A DNA stretch of 64,000 bases from Myxococcota bacterium (lineage in GTDB: Bacteria; Myxococcota_A; UBA796; SXON01), in the NCBI GenBank assembly GCA_040386535.1, contig JAZKFH010000023.1, positions 1 to 64,000 of the forward strand. The letters run 5' to 3'. This document shows, in pieces, positions 1 through 9,843 of this stretch. The translations under genes were made by a program, and so were the position numbers. Numbering within the stretch: the stretch's first letter is position 1; each line of letters starts with the position of its first letter. The notes under the pieces are model-generated. The model saw only the letters and a program-made list of their open reading frames with translations, did not search any database and was not told the DNA's origin.

Positions 1-2
1 GC

Positions 3-455
3 CAAAGTGGAATTTGGACGATCTCTTTCGCGCTAAGTCAACGGCATTGGGTCATCCGCGGCCAAACGCTACCGGGGCGCGCTTGTGGCGCCTACACCGA
101 CGTGCACGTGGGCCTCCAGGTCGGCAAAGCGCACGTCGGCCTTGTCCCCGCGGACGCGCCCGACGCCACGTGGGAGGCCGTGATCGAGGTGGGCGAGGGC
201 GGTGTCGTCCGCGGCCCGGCCGTGCACGGGCCACGCGAGCAGCGGTTCTTCTACCTCGTGTGGGTTGGGCGCCTCGACGGTGCCGAGCCGGCCATGTTCC
301 GCCGCGCCAAGCTGGTTTGGGAGGGCGTGAGCGCCGAGGTCCTGGCGGCGGCGCTGGAGAGCGGGGAGCTCCGCGCGAGCCTCGGGCTCACGGACACGTG
401 TGGCATGCCGGTCTGCGCGTCGGTGCGGCCACCTGGAATTGTCTGGCAGGGTTGA
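3..455 (+). CDS. DUF5990-like protein (5' end uncertain, possibly truncated by the window edge)
   Basis: Frame is open from nt 3. Motifs LPGRACGAYTDVHVGLQ, RFFYLVW, AMFRRAKL and LTDxCGxPVCASVRPP resemble DUF5990. Confidence 0.7.
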   Translation, partial: QSGIWTISFALSQRHWVIRGQTLPGRACGAYTDVHVGLQVGKAHVGLVPADAPDATWEAVIEVGEGGVVRGPAVHGPREQRFFYLVWVGRLDGAEPAMFRRAKLVWEGVSAEVLAAALESGELRASLGLTDTCGMPVCASVRPPGIVWQG

Positions 456-558
456 TTGTTTGGGCGACCGCGCGCGCGGCGGTGCCCGGCGCCCCGAGCG
501 GCGCCGCCGCCGCGGGTGGGCGGTTGCGCTCGGGGTAGCGGCGCTCGGGGGCTTCGTT

Positions 559-708
559 CCGTTCGAAGTCGTAGGATGAACCTGCATCCCCCGACCTCGG
601 ACGCTATGTCCGTCCGAACTCGGGGGATGGGCGCGTATCCCCCGAGTTTGGACGCTATATCCGTCCGAACTCGTGGGATGAGTGCGCATCCCCGGACTTC
701 GGACGGTC
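559..708. repeat. Three tandem 51-bp palindromic (REP/BIME-like) units
   Basis: Units start at 559, 610 and 661. Unit 2 is cgtccgaactcgggggat-N8-atcccccgagtttggacg, an 18-bp inverted repeat with one G:T pair. Confidence 0.85.
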
Positions 709-1001
709 ATCCTCGCGTGCCGCCGCCCCACACACCCTCGCGGTCCTGGAACCCTATTGGAAGATCTGGAAGTACCCCAGGACGAACCAGAGAAGCACGA
801 ACACGACGACGGTGCCGAGGCAACCGCCCCCGAGCTTGCTTGCACCCCACCCTGCCGCCAGCCCACGCAACGCCTTGCTCATCGAGCACCTCTGTGTGGG
901 GATGCTTATCGATCGCCCGCCTCGGTGGTGTGTCGGGAAGGGGTGGTTGTTGTGGGGTGGTGTTGTTTCGTGTTCGCGGGCGTTTGGGTTACGGCCACGG
1001 G

Positions 1002-1250
1002 ATGCATCTCCTCCCCGACGCCCACCAATCGTTCCTGCAGGGCGCGCTTCCAATCCTCCAGTCGGACACGCGCGTCCAGGCCGTCATCATCAGCGGATCA
1101 GCGGTCACGGGTGGGATGGATGTGTGGTCAGACCTGGATCTCGTGGTGCTCGTCGAGGACTCCGCGGAGATCGCCCTCACCGCGGAACACTTCGCTCGGC
1201 ATGGCGAACAGCGCGTCATGACCTTCCTGCACGACCTCGGCCGTTCGTGA
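1002..1250 (+). pseudogene. Short or truncated nucleotidyltransferase (Pol-beta superfamily) domain, 82 aa
   Basis: Carries the GS..DxD motif (VIISGSAVTGGMDVWSDLDLVV), and the ORF stops about 30 aa later. Confidence 0.55.
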
Positions 1251-1259
1251 GGATCCAGC

Positions 1260-2141
1260 TCACGCCTCGCTCGCATCCCCCCCACTCGCATCCCCCGCCG
1301 CCCCAACCTCCCAATCCTTCGGGCTCTCCAACGTGATGCGGCCGAGCAGGCCCTGGCGGAGCTCGCGGATGAGGAGCTCGGAGACCTTCTGGTAGTCGAC
1401 CACGGCGCCCTTGCCCACACAGGCGCGGCGGGCGGCGATCGCCTCGAGGAGGCCCTGGGGGTCGGGCGGCAACACGTCGAGGCCGTAGCGGGCGCGCAGG
1501 GCGTCGGGGTAGGCGTGGAGCAGGAACTTCGCGGCGAACACGCCGATGTCCTGGTAGTCGACCACCGTGTCGGCCACGGCGCCGGTGACCGCGAGGCGGT
1601 AGCCGCACGCGGCGGGCGAGAGGCGAGGCCACAAGAAGCCGGGGGTGTCGAGGAGGGTGAAGTCGCCGACGTTGTGGATGCGCTGCTGCTCTTTCGTCAC
1701 GGCGGGCTTGTTGCCGGTCTTGGCGATGCTGCGGCCGGCGAGGGCGTTGATGACGGTCGACTTGCCGACGTTGGGGACGCCGAGGCACATCACCAGCACC
1801 TTGCGCGAGGCCGTGCGGTCGGGGCGGAGCAGGGTGCGGCCGAGCTCGAGGAGCGACCGCGCCTGGCCGGGCTGGGCCGAGTGGATCGCGCGGGCCTTGA
1901 CGCCCGGCGTGCGTTCGAGGTGGGCCAGCCACGCCGCGGTGAGCTGGGGATCGGCCAGATCCGCCTTGTTGAGCACCTTGATGCACGGCTTGTCACCCCG
2001 CAACGCAGCCACCATCGGGTTCTCGCTGCTGAACGGGATGCGCGCGTCGAGGATCTCCAAGATGAGCTCGACGTCGGGCATGGCCCGGCGGATCTCTTTT
2101 TTGGCCGTCGCCATGTGTCCAGGAAACCAGTTGATCGCCAT
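1260..2141 (-). CDS. rbgA: Ribosome biogenesis GTPase RbgA/YlqF
   Basis: Starts MAINWFPGHM. Circularly permuted G motifs NKAD, GVPNVGKS and DTPG are present. Confidence 0.95.
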   Translation of the reverse strand: MAINWFPGHMATAKKEIRRAMPDVELILEILDARIPFSSENPMVAALRGDKPCIKVLNKADLADPQLTAAWLAHLERTPGVKARAIHSAQPGQARSLLELGRTLLRPDRTASRKVLVMCLGVPNVGKSTVINALAGRSIAKTGNKPAVTKEQQRIHNVGDFTLLDTPGFLWPRLSPAACGYRLAVTGAVADTVVDYQDIGVFAAKFLLHAYPDALRARYGLDVLPPDPQGLLEAIAARRACVGKGAVVDYQKVSELLIRELRQGLLGRITLESPKDWEVGAAGDASGGDASEA

Positions 2142-2309
2142 GCTGCCCCGCGAGGATGGGTGTTCGGGGCGCCGGAAGGTGCCGCGCGGCAAGGTAGCGC
2201 GCCGGTCGGATCGGGGCGTCGGCGCGGGCCCGCACGGGATGCGGATCGTGATGGGTCCAGCGGCTGGGACGGACCCGCGGCTACGATGACCGCCCTGTAC
2301 GAGGTTCCC

Positions 2310-3992
2310 ATGCGCGTCACCCTCCTCCTCCCGCTCCTCTTCGGCTGCGCCGATCAGCTCCTCACCGCCACGAAGGAGGATCCTGGCATCGAGGTCAGCC
2401 CGTCGTCCCTCACGTTCACGGAGGCGGGCAGCCAGACGGTGACCCTGTCCAGCGTCGGCGACGAGCCGCTCGACGTGACCTCGGTGGGGCTGCGCGCCAC
2501 GGGGAACTTCACGCTCACCAGCGCCGACGGCCTGCCGGGCACGATCGCCGAGGGCGACACGGTCGACCTGATCGTCACCTGGGCGCCCGGAGCCGGCGAG
2601 ACCACGGGCTGGCTCGACATCGTGAGCAACGACCCGGAGACGCCCCTGGTGCCCGTGTCCCTCCAGGGCCCCGAGGAGGCGGACACCGACACCGACACGG
2701 ACAGTGACACCGATACGGACACGGACACCGATACGGATACCGATACGGATACCGACACGGATACCGATACGGATACCGATACCGACACTGACACGGATAC
2801 CGACACCGACGTGCCCGTCACGGCCGCGGTGCTCGATCCGTCCGCCGCCACGTTCGAAGCGTACGTGGGGGACACCGTGACGGCGTCCTTCACGCTGGAG
2901 AACACGGGGGAGACCGTGTTGTCCGTCGACGCCGGCGTGACCGGAAGCGGCTACCTGCTCACGGCGCCCTCGTCGCTGCCCACCACGCTCGACGTTGGGA
3001 GCACCCTCGCGTTCGAGGTGTCCTTCACGCCGGTCTCCGCAGGGGTGTTCGCCGGCAGCCTCGACGTGTCGGTGGCGGACTTCGGGATCCTCACCGCCAC
3101 GTTGACGGGGACCGGCCTCTCGGAGGGCGGCGAGGGCCTGCCCGCCTCGTACACGTGGACCGGCGCCGACCAGACGTTCACGGTGCCCGACGGCGTGACC
3201 TCCTTGACGGTCGAGGCCTGGGGCGGCGGCGGCGGCTCGGGCTCCTTCGGCGGCGCCTACCCCGGGTACGGCGGTGGCGGTGGCTACGCGTCCACGGGGC
3301 TCGTGGTGAGCCCGGGCGACGTGATCACCGTGCGCCCCGGCCAGGGCGGGTTCACGCCCGGCGGCGGCGGCGGTGCGACGCTCGTGTGGGACGACGCGGG
3401 CACGCTCGTGCTCGTCGCGGGCGCGGGTGGTGGCGGCGCGACGGACGGGGGCTCGACGCTCGCCGGCAGCGGCGACGGCGGCGCGGGCGGCGGCACCTTG
3501 GGCGTCGCGGGCAACACGCAGTTCGACGGCTACTGGGGCTCCGCGGACGGCGGTGAGGGGGGCTCGGACGTGGCGGGCGGAACCGGCGGGGCCCCGACCC
3601 TCGGCGCGGCGAGCGGGCCGGCGTGCACCGGAGGCAACGGCGCCTCCCTGTTGGGCGGCGGCGGCGCCTCCGGTTGGTCCTCGTGCGGGACGGACAACCC
3701 CGCGGACGCGGACAGCGCGGGTGTCGGCGGCACCAACGGAGCCGGCGGCGGCGGCGGATCGGGCTGGTACGGCGGTGGCGGCGGTGCCTCGGTTTACACC
3801 TACTTCGGGGGTGGCGGCGGCGGCGGCTCCAGCTGGAGCCCGGCGGGCACGGTGACCTCGGGCGTGGGCGCGACCCCCGGCGGGAGCACCAGTGTCATGT
3901 GGGATGGCACCGCGGGCACGGGCGGGACCCCGGGGGTGTGGCCTCGCGTGCCCTCGACCGACGGCGCGCACGGGCTGGTGGTCCTCCAGTAG
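2310..3992 (+). CDS. Lipoprotein with two Ig-like (ASH/choice-of-anchor-D-like) domains, an Asp-Thr linker and a C-terminal glycine-rich domain
   Basis: GAGG RBS and signal peptide ending LLFGC. Ig-like segments IEVSPSSLTF...LDIVSNDP. Gly-rich domain begins FTVPDGVTSLTVEAWGGGGG. Confidence 0.8.
   Translation: MRVTLLLPLLFGCADQLLTATKEDPGIEVSPSSLTFTEAGSQTVTLSSVGDEPLDVTSVGLRATGNFTLTSADGLPGTIAEGDTVDLIVTWAPGAGETTGWLDIVSNDPETPLVPVSLQGPEEADTDTDTDSDTDTDTDTDTDTDTDTDTDTDTDTDTDTDTDTDTDVPVTAAVLDPSAATFEAYVGDTVTASFTLENTGETVLSVDAGVTGSGYLLTAPSSLPTTLDVGSTLAFEVSFTPVSAGVFAGSLDVSVADFGILTATLTGTGLSEGGEGLPASYTWTGADQTFTVPDGVTSLTVEAWGGGGGSGSFGGAYPGYGGGGGYASTGLVVSPGDVITVRPGQGGFTPGGGGGATLVWDDAGTLVLVAGAGGGGATDGGSTLAGSGDGGAGGGTLGVAGNTQFDGYWGSADGGEGGSDVAGGTGGAPTLGAASGPACTGGNGASLLGGGGASGWSSCGTDNPADADSAGVGGTNGAGGGGGSGWYGGGGGASVYTYFGGGGGGGSSWSPAGTVTSGVGATPGGSTSVMWDGTAGTGGTPGVWPRVPSTDGAHGLVVLQ
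2682..2810 (+). repeat. Coding hexamer repeat encoding about 21 Asp-Thr (one Asp-Ser) dipeptides
   Basis: Tandem GAY-ACN units with synonymous variation. Confidence 0.95.
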
Positions 3993-4016
3993 TCCTCGGA
4001 GGAGTCTCCGGCGGCT

Positions 4017-5882
4017 TCACCGCGCCTGGTCGAGCGCGCGGTCGAGGTTGAACGCGGCGCTGATGAGGGCGAGGTGGGTGAAGGCCTGGGGGAAGTTCCC
4101 CAGCGCCTCGCCCGCGTGGCCCGTCTGCTCGGCGTACAGGCCCAGCGGGCTGGCGTAGCCCAGGATGCGCTCGAACAGGAGCCGGGCCTTCTCCAGCTTC
4201 CTTCGATCGGAGCGCCCGGCGCGCGTGAGCGCCTCGACGAGCCAGAACGTGCACATGTTGAAGGTGCCCTCGCCGCCGGTCAGGCCGTCCTGCGTGCGCT
4301 CGGGATCGTAGCGATACACGAGGCCGTCCGACACGAGGCCGCCCTCGCGCGGCGACTTGGAGAGGACCTCCAACATCTTCAGCATCTTCGGGTCGCTGGG
4401 TGACAAGAAGAAGACCAACGGCATGATGAGGTTGGACGCGTCGAGGTGGTCGCTTCCGTAGTGTTGGACGAACGATTGGCGGTCCTCGCTCCACCCACGC
4501 CGCTGGATCTCCTCGTAGATGGCGTCCCGCTCGGCCAACCAACGCTCGCGGGGCGCGGGAAAGGAGCGCTTGTCCGCGAGGCGCAGCCCGCGATCGAGCG
4601 CCACCCAACACATCAGCTTGGAGTATACGAAGTGTTGCTGGCCGCCGCGGGTCTCCCAGATCCCCTCGTCGGGGCGGCGCCAGTTGCCACACACCCAATC
4701 GAGCAACGTGCGGAGGTACGTCCACAGGTCTGAGGAGATGGGCGTCCCGTACTTGTTGGAGAGGTACACCGAATCCATAAGCTCGCCGTAGATGTCGAGC
4801 TGGAGCTGATTGAAGGCGCCGTTGCCGATGCGGACGGGCCGCGAGCCGCGGTACCCGTCGAGGTGACCGAGCGTGTGTTCGGTCAGGTCGCTCCGGCCGT
4901 CGATCCCGTACACGATCTGCAGGGGTCGATCCCCGCCGGCGTCGCGAATGCGCGCCTCCAACCACTCCATGAACCGCGCCGCCTCCTCGGTGAAGCCGAT
5001 CCGCAGCAGGGCGTACAAGGTGAAGGCGGCGTCACGAATCCACGTGTAGCGGTAGTCCCAATTCCGCACGCCTCCCAGCTCCTCGGGGAGGCTGCACGTA
5101 GGAGCCGCGACGATGGCCCCCGTGGGCTCGAACGTGAGCAGCTTGAGGACCAACGCGGAGCGGTTGACGATCTCGCGCCAGCGCCCGCGGTAGGTGCTCT
5201 TCGCCAACCAGCGCCGCCAGAATTGGACGGTGGACTCGAACAGCTCCGTCGCCTCGCCGCGAGACGGGGGCAGGCCACATCCGACGCTCGGGGAGGTGCG
5301 TCGGAGCACGAACGTGGTGCTCTCCCCCTCGGCGAGCACGAACCGGGCGGTGACACCGTCGGGGCCGGCCCGGAGGGGGATGTCCGTCGTGAGCGCGAGC
5401 GTGAGGTCGGGACCCTCGAAAACCGCTCCGGTCGGCGTGAGCGTGACCCGGGGCCGCGCGCGGGCGTAGTCGAACGCGGGCGCGCAGACGAGCTCGAATT
5501 CGACGCGGCCGCGCGCCACGCTCACGCGCCGCAGGATCTGATCGTGCCATTCGGGGGCACCCACGATGCCCGCCGGCATGAAGTCGCCCACCTCGCCCAC
5601 CCCGGACTCCGACAGGAAGCGGGTGATCAACACGTTGGTGTCCGGCCAGTAGAGTTGTTTGAAGACCATCTCCGTGTCGGGCGACGTGGGGTCGGACGTA
5701 TGGTGCACGGCGCAGATCGAGAAACGTCCGCCCTTTTCGTGGTCGAGCAGGGCCCCGAACACGCTCGGCGAATCGAAGTGGGGAAAACAGAGCCAATCGA
5801 TCGAGCCACGCCGGCTCACCAGCGCCGCCGTGCGCATGTTGCCGATCACGCCGTAGTCCTGGATGGGTTCGTAGATCGTCAT
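4017..5882 (-). CDS. Glycoside hydrolase family 15 (trehalase/glucoamylase-like)
   Basis: Motifs [35 protein letters not shown] and [13 protein letters not shown] overlap with the upstream SDR stop. Confidence 0.93.
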   Translation of the reverse strand: MTIYEPIQDYGVIGNMRTAALVSRRGSIDWLCFPHFDSPSVFGALLDHEKGGRFSICAVHHTSDPTSPDTEMVFKQLYWPDTNVLITRFLSESGVGEVGDFMPAGIVGAPEWHDQILRRVSVARGRVEFELVCAPAFDYARARPRVTLTPTGAVFEGPDLTLALTTDIPLRAGPDGVTARFVLAEGESTTFVLRRTSPSVGCGLPPSRGEATELFESTVQFWRRWLAKSTYRGRWREIVNRSALVLKLLTFEPTGAIVAAPTCSLPEELGGVRNWDYRYTWIRDAAFTLYALLRIGFTEEAARFMEWLEARIRDAGGDRPLQIVYGIDGRSDLTEHTLGHLDGYRGSRPVRIGNGAFNQLQLDIYGELMDSVYLSNKYGTPISSDLWTYLRTLLDWVCGNWRRPDEGIWETRGGQQHFVYSKLMCWVALDRGLRLADKRSFPAPRERWLAERDAIYEEIQRRGWSEDRQSFVQHYGSDHLDASNLIMPLVFFLSPSDPKMLKMLEVLSKSPREGGLVSDGLVYRYDPERTQDGLTGGEGTFNMCTFWLVEALTRAGRSDRRKLEKARLLFERILGYASPLGLYAEQTGHAGEALGNFPQAFTHLALISAAFNLDRALDQAR

Positions 5883-6649
5883 TCGGCGTAGTTCCATGTC
5901 AACCCGCCGTCCACGAACCAGGTCGCGCCGGTCACGTAGTCGGCGTCTGGGGATGCGAGCATCGAGACAATCCCCGCCACGTCCTCAGGCCGTCCGAGGC
6001 GGCGGAGCGGGATTTGTCGGAGCAGGGCGCCGACGCGGGCCGGGTCCTGTAACAAATCGCGGTTGATGGGCGTGGCGATGGCGCCCGGCGCGACCGCGTT
6101 TACGGTGATGCCGGTGCCCGCCAGCTCGACGGCGAGGGTGCGCGTGAGCATCCGCACGCCGCCTTTGCTGGCCGCGTAGGATGCGAACTGGGGGAAGGGG
6201 AGCTCCTCGTGCACCGAGCTGATGTTGATGATCTTGCCCGCGCGCCCGGTGTCGAGGAGGTGGCGGACCGCCGCCTGGCTCGCGAAGAACACCGCCTTGA
6301 GGTTCACAGCGAGGACCTGTTCGTACTCGGCCTCCGTCACGTCCCGGAACGGGGCGCGGATCTCGAGCCCGGCGTTGTTCACGAGGAGGTCGACGTGTCC
6401 GAAGTGGGCGAGGCCCTCGGCGAACAGGCGGCGCACGTCCTCCACGTGCGCGAGGTTTGCCTGGACGAGGTGTGTCTTCCGGCCGAGCGCCTCTACCTCT
6501 GCGACGACGGCGCGCGCTTCGTCGGCGCTTCGGTTGTAGTGGAGCACGATGTCGGCGCCGTCCCGCGCCAGCCGCACGGCGATGGCGCGCCCGATGCCAC
6601 GGCTGCTCCCCGTGACGAGCGCCACCTTGTCGGTGAGAGATCCGGGCAC
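5879..6649 (-). CDS. SDR oxidoreductase, glucose 1-dehydrogenase-like
   Basis: Motifs [23 protein letters not shown] and [12 protein letters not shown] start after GAGG. Confidence 0.9.
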   Translation of the reverse strand: MPGSLTDKVALVTGSSRGIGRAIAVRLARDGADIVLHYNRSADEARAVVAEVEALGRKTHLVQANLAHVEDVRRLFAEGLAHFGHVDLLVNNAGLEIRAPFRDVTEAEYEQVLAVNLKAVFFASQAAVRHLLDTGRAGKIINISSVHEELPFPQFASYAASKGGVRMLTRTLAVELAGTGITVNAVAPGAIATPINRDLLQDPARVGALLRQIPLRRLGRPEDVAGIVSMLASPDADYVTGATWFVDGGLTWNYAE

Positions 6650-6749
6650 GGCCCACCTCGATGCCCCACGAAATGGGAAGCATCGTTCGTGGATACGCAC
6701 ATCCACCGCCCGCTACACGGTCCCAACCGCCGTCACCCGGAGTCCACCG

Positions 6750-9383
6750 TCACCCGACGGAGCGCACCAACCGGAGCCCGATGTTCGAGCTCCGGCTCCA
6801 CGGCTCGACCCACAGGCGGAAGGCCGACCGGGTGGCGCGCAGATCGTGCAGCCGCGACCCGCCCTTCGCCACGATGCGCCAGGTGGCGGTGCGCGCGAGC
6901 CACATCGCCTCGGTCTCGGCCGAGCCGTCGGAGGCGTGCACCCGTTCGCCCGCCGCGGTCGGCCCCTCCATCGTCATCCGGTCGGCGGTCCATTCCAGCA
7001 CGCCGCCAGCGAGGTCCCGCACGCCGTACAGGCTCTCGTCGGTCGGCCGGGTGCCCACCGGCTCGACCTGCGTGGCCGCCGCAAACGCGAGGCGATTGCA
7101 GCACCAGGTGGGATCGATGAAGTCGCCCCAGGGGTGCACCCGCGCGTCGACCCCGCGGGCTGCCTTCTCCCACTCGAGCTCGCCGGGGAGCCGCCAGGGG
7201 AGGCCCGTCCGCGCGGCGAGCCAGCGGGCGTAGGTCCAGGCGGCCACGTGGTCCACCATGACCACGGGCCAGTCGCCTTGCCACGTGGTGCCGTCCGCGT
7301 CGGTCTGGAGCACGAAGCGCCCGTCCGGGGTCCGCCCGTAGAGGATCTCGCCCCACACGCCCAGAGCGCGCCCGCGATCGCGCGGCACGCAGCGCTCGGC
7401 GCCCGCGATGTCCCCGCGCGCCACCAGATCGTCGAGGAAGGTGATGTACTCGGTGTTGGTGACGGGGAACCGTCGCATCACCAGGCCGTTCACCCACACG
7501 GTCCGCGCGGTGAGCGCGGCGGGCACCTCGGTGTCCCCGCCCACGGGCGCCCATCCGGCCGGCACGTACACCTCGTCGGGGCCCAGCTCGTCGGCGCGCG
7601 GCAGGTAGACCGGCGTGGGCGCCGCTTCGCCGGGCGCGACGCCGTTCCAGTCGGTCTCGCGGCCGATGGCGACCGGGTAGCGCACCACGGGGCGGTCGGC
7701 GGCGTGCAGCTCGAGGAGCCAGCTCCCGCGGGGGAGGGGGACGTTGTCCAGCGGGGTGACGCCGAGGGTCCGGACGTGCTGGGGGACGAGGCGGCGGCGC
7801 ACGGCGACGTACCGGAACAGCTCCACGCGCGCGCCGGGCGGGTCGGTGTGCAGGGTGACCGTGCCGTCCCCCTGGAGCCAGGCGGTGGTGCGGCGGCGCT
7901 CGGGGTGCTCGGCGGGGAGCGCGCCGGCATGGCGACGGAGGCGCACCTCGAGGTCGGCGGCGGCGTCGGCGAGGCCAGCGGCCTCCGCGTGGGCCTGGGC
8001 GGCGCGGATCCGCCGCGTGAGGATCGCGTGGGCCTCGATGGCGTCGGGATCGTGGATGAGGGCGGTGGCGAGCTCGTCCTCGACCGAGCGGTTCGCGACG
8101 GCGATCGCGCGGGCGAGCGTGTTGGCCTCGTCCTCGGCGGCCCATGCCGACGCACGGGTGGCGTCGGGCTCCCACGGCTGGCTCCCGGCCTGGAGCGTCC
8201 GCATGCGCTCTCGCGCGCCCCGCGCGGCGAGCACCAGCCCCGCGATCGCGGCCTCGACGTCGCGGGCGCGCTGGATGCTGGCGCGTGCCACCTCGCGCCG
8301 GCTCTCGCCGTCCAGCCACGCGCGGACGAGGTTGGCGAAGGCGGCGCCGTCGGCCGGGCGCAGCGCTGGATCGGGGGCGGTGGCGGTGGCGATGAGCGCG
8401 TAGAGCTCGTCGGGGATGAGCCAGGGCGTGGGCGGGGGGCCCGGCACGTCGCCGCGACACAGGGCCTCGAGCACGGTGGTGGTCTCCTGCTCGGGGAAGG
8501 GGTGGTGTCCGGCGCAGAGCGACCAGAGCACCAGGCCGAGGCCGTACACGTCGCTCCGCGCGTCGACCGTGCCCCCGCGCGCCTGCTCCGGTGCCATGTA
8601 CACGGGGGTCCCCGCGACGCCCCCCTGCGAGACACCGGCCGGGCGCACCAGGCCCCAATCGACCACCATCACCTCGCCGTGTTCGCCTACGAGCAGGTTG
8701 GAGGGCTTCAGATCGCGGTGCACCACCCCCTGCGCGTGCGCGTAGGAGACCGCCCGCGCGGCGCGCTCCAACACGTCCACCAGGCGCCGGAACCCCGCCG
8801 GCAGGTCCGAGCGCGCCTCGTCGAGGACCCGGGCGTCATGGAGGCGGCTGATGAGCTCGGAGAGGTTCTCGCCGCGGATCTCCTGCATGGTGAACCAGAG
8901 GCGCCCCTGCTCGGTCACGCCGTGGTCGTACACGGGCACGATGCCGGGGTGGGCGAGCCGTGCGGTGGCCAGCGCCTCGGCCGCGAAGTGCTCGCGCAGG
9001 TTGGGCGTGTCCATCCGATCCGCGCGCACCAGCTTCATCGCCACCATGCGGTCGAGCACACGGTCGTACACCCGCCGCACCTCGCCCATGCCACCCATCC
9101 CGAGCAGCCCTCGGTCCGCGTACCGATCGGGGAGGAGGGGGCGCTCGTTGGGGGTGGATGCGCGGCCGCCCGATGCGCGCGCATCGGCGAGCGGCGCGCG
9201 CGCATCGGTGGGCACCGACGCGATGGACGCGCCGGACCAGGTCTGCTGCTCCGCGCGCCGCCCCGGCATAACTGGCTGTTTTTGCACCGCTCCCGGCGGC
9301 GTGTCCGACATGGAATCGAGCGTGGGGCTCTGGGCGGGTGGGCGCTTGGCGGACATCGGCGGAGGTTGGCCCGGGTCTTGCAA
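6750..9383 (-). CDS. Ser/Thr protein kinase fused to a C-terminal FGE/SUMF1-type domain (start may be downstream, e.g. 9356)
   Basis: Kinase motifs LGMGGMG, VAMK, HRDLKPSN, DWG and GTPVYMAPE. FGE motifs PVTNTEY, WRLPGELEWEKAARG and IGLRLVR. Confidence 0.9.
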   Translation of the reverse strand: MQDPGQPPPMSAKRPPAQSPTLDSMSDTPPGAVQKQPVMPGRRAEQQTWSGASIASVPTDARAPLADARASGGRASTPNERPLLPDRYADRGLLGMGGMGEVRRVYDRVLDRMVAMKLVRADRMDTPNLREHFAAEALATARLAHPGIVPVYDHGVTEQGRLWFTMQEIRGENLSELISRLHDARVLDEARSDLPAGFRRLVDVLERAARAVSYAHAQGVVHRDLKPSNLLVGEHGEVMVVDWGLVRPAGVSQGGVAGTPVYMAPEQARGGTVDARSDVYGLGLVLWSLCAGHHPFPEQETTTVLEALCRGDVPGPPPTPWLIPDELYALIATATAPDPALRPADGAAFANLVRAWLDGESRREVARASIQRARDVEAAIAGLVLAARGARERMRTLQAGSQPWEPDATRASAWAAEDEANTLARAIAVANRSVEDELATALIHDPDAIEAHAILTRRIRAAQAHAEAAGLADAAADLEVRLRRHAGALPAEHPERRRTTAWLQGDGTVTLHTDPPGARVELFRYVAVRRRLVPQHVRTLGVTPLDNVPLPRGSWLLELHAADRPVVRYPVAIGRETDWNGVAPGEAAPTPVYLPRADELGPDEVYVPAGWAPVGGDTEVPAALTARTVWVNGLVMRRFPVTNTEYITFLDDLVARGDIAGAERCVPRDRGRALGVWGEILYGRTPDGRFVLQTDADGTTWQGDWPVVMVDHVAAWTYARWLAARTGLPWRLPGELEWEKAARGVDARVHPWGDFIDPTWCCNRLAFAAATQVEPVGTRPTDESLYGVRDLAGGVLEWTADRMTMEGPTAAGERVHASDGSAETEAMWLARTATWRIVAKGGSRLHDLRATRSAFRLWVEPWSRSSNIGLRLVRSVG

Positions 9384-9406
9384 TCGACGGATGCAGGAGC
9401 ATCACA

Positions 9407-9829
9407 ATGTACCTTTTCCTGACCGCCCTCGTCGCCGCGAACACCGCCAACGCCGGTGACATCGTCCTCAAGCCCCCCATCATCGTGGTGCCCCCCGGCG
9501 GCTGCGGTACCCGGCCCCCGCCCTGCCTCGGCCTCCAGGACGCGGACGGAGAGGTGATGCCCGACGACTGGCTCGTGATGCAGCGCGAGGTGCTGCGCGG
9601 CGAGCTGAACTACTTCCGGATCGAGGTCTACGTGTTCGAGGGCGCGATCGCCGTGGATGTCGCCGGCTTCCAGCTCACCGAGCAGAACCTCGCCGTGGAG
9701 GAGTCGAACCGCGAGGTCAGCGTGTACTACGTGCCCGCCGCCAGCGCGGACATCCGCGTGACCTCGACGGGCCGCGATCTCGCCGACTTCGAGCTGGTCA
9801 TCAGCGGCGAGCAGAAGTCCGGGCTCTGA
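9407..9829 (+). CDS. Hypothetical secreted protein
   Basis: AGGAG RBS, signal-like MYLFLTALVAANTANA and strong GC3 bias. Confidence 0.7.
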   Translation: MYLFLTALVAANTANAGDIVLKPPIIVVPPGGCGTRPPPCLGLQDADGEVMPDDWLVMQREVLRGELNYFRIEVYVFEGAIAVDVAGFQLTEQNLAVEESNREVSVYYVPAASADIRVTSTGRDLADFELVISGEQKSGL

Positions 9830-9843
9830 TGCACGGCCGGGGG

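Noticed and set aside
559..708. CRISPR array
   Set aside because: The units are contiguous palindromes without spacer-length unique sequence, and there are no cas genes in the window.
682..1000. ORFs between the repeat array and the nucleotidyltransferase fragment
   Set aside because: They lack codon bias and recognisable motifs.
6750..7600. Diversity-generating retroelement target (FGE/CLec fold)
   Set aside because: No reverse transcriptase and no template-repeat copy were seen in the window.
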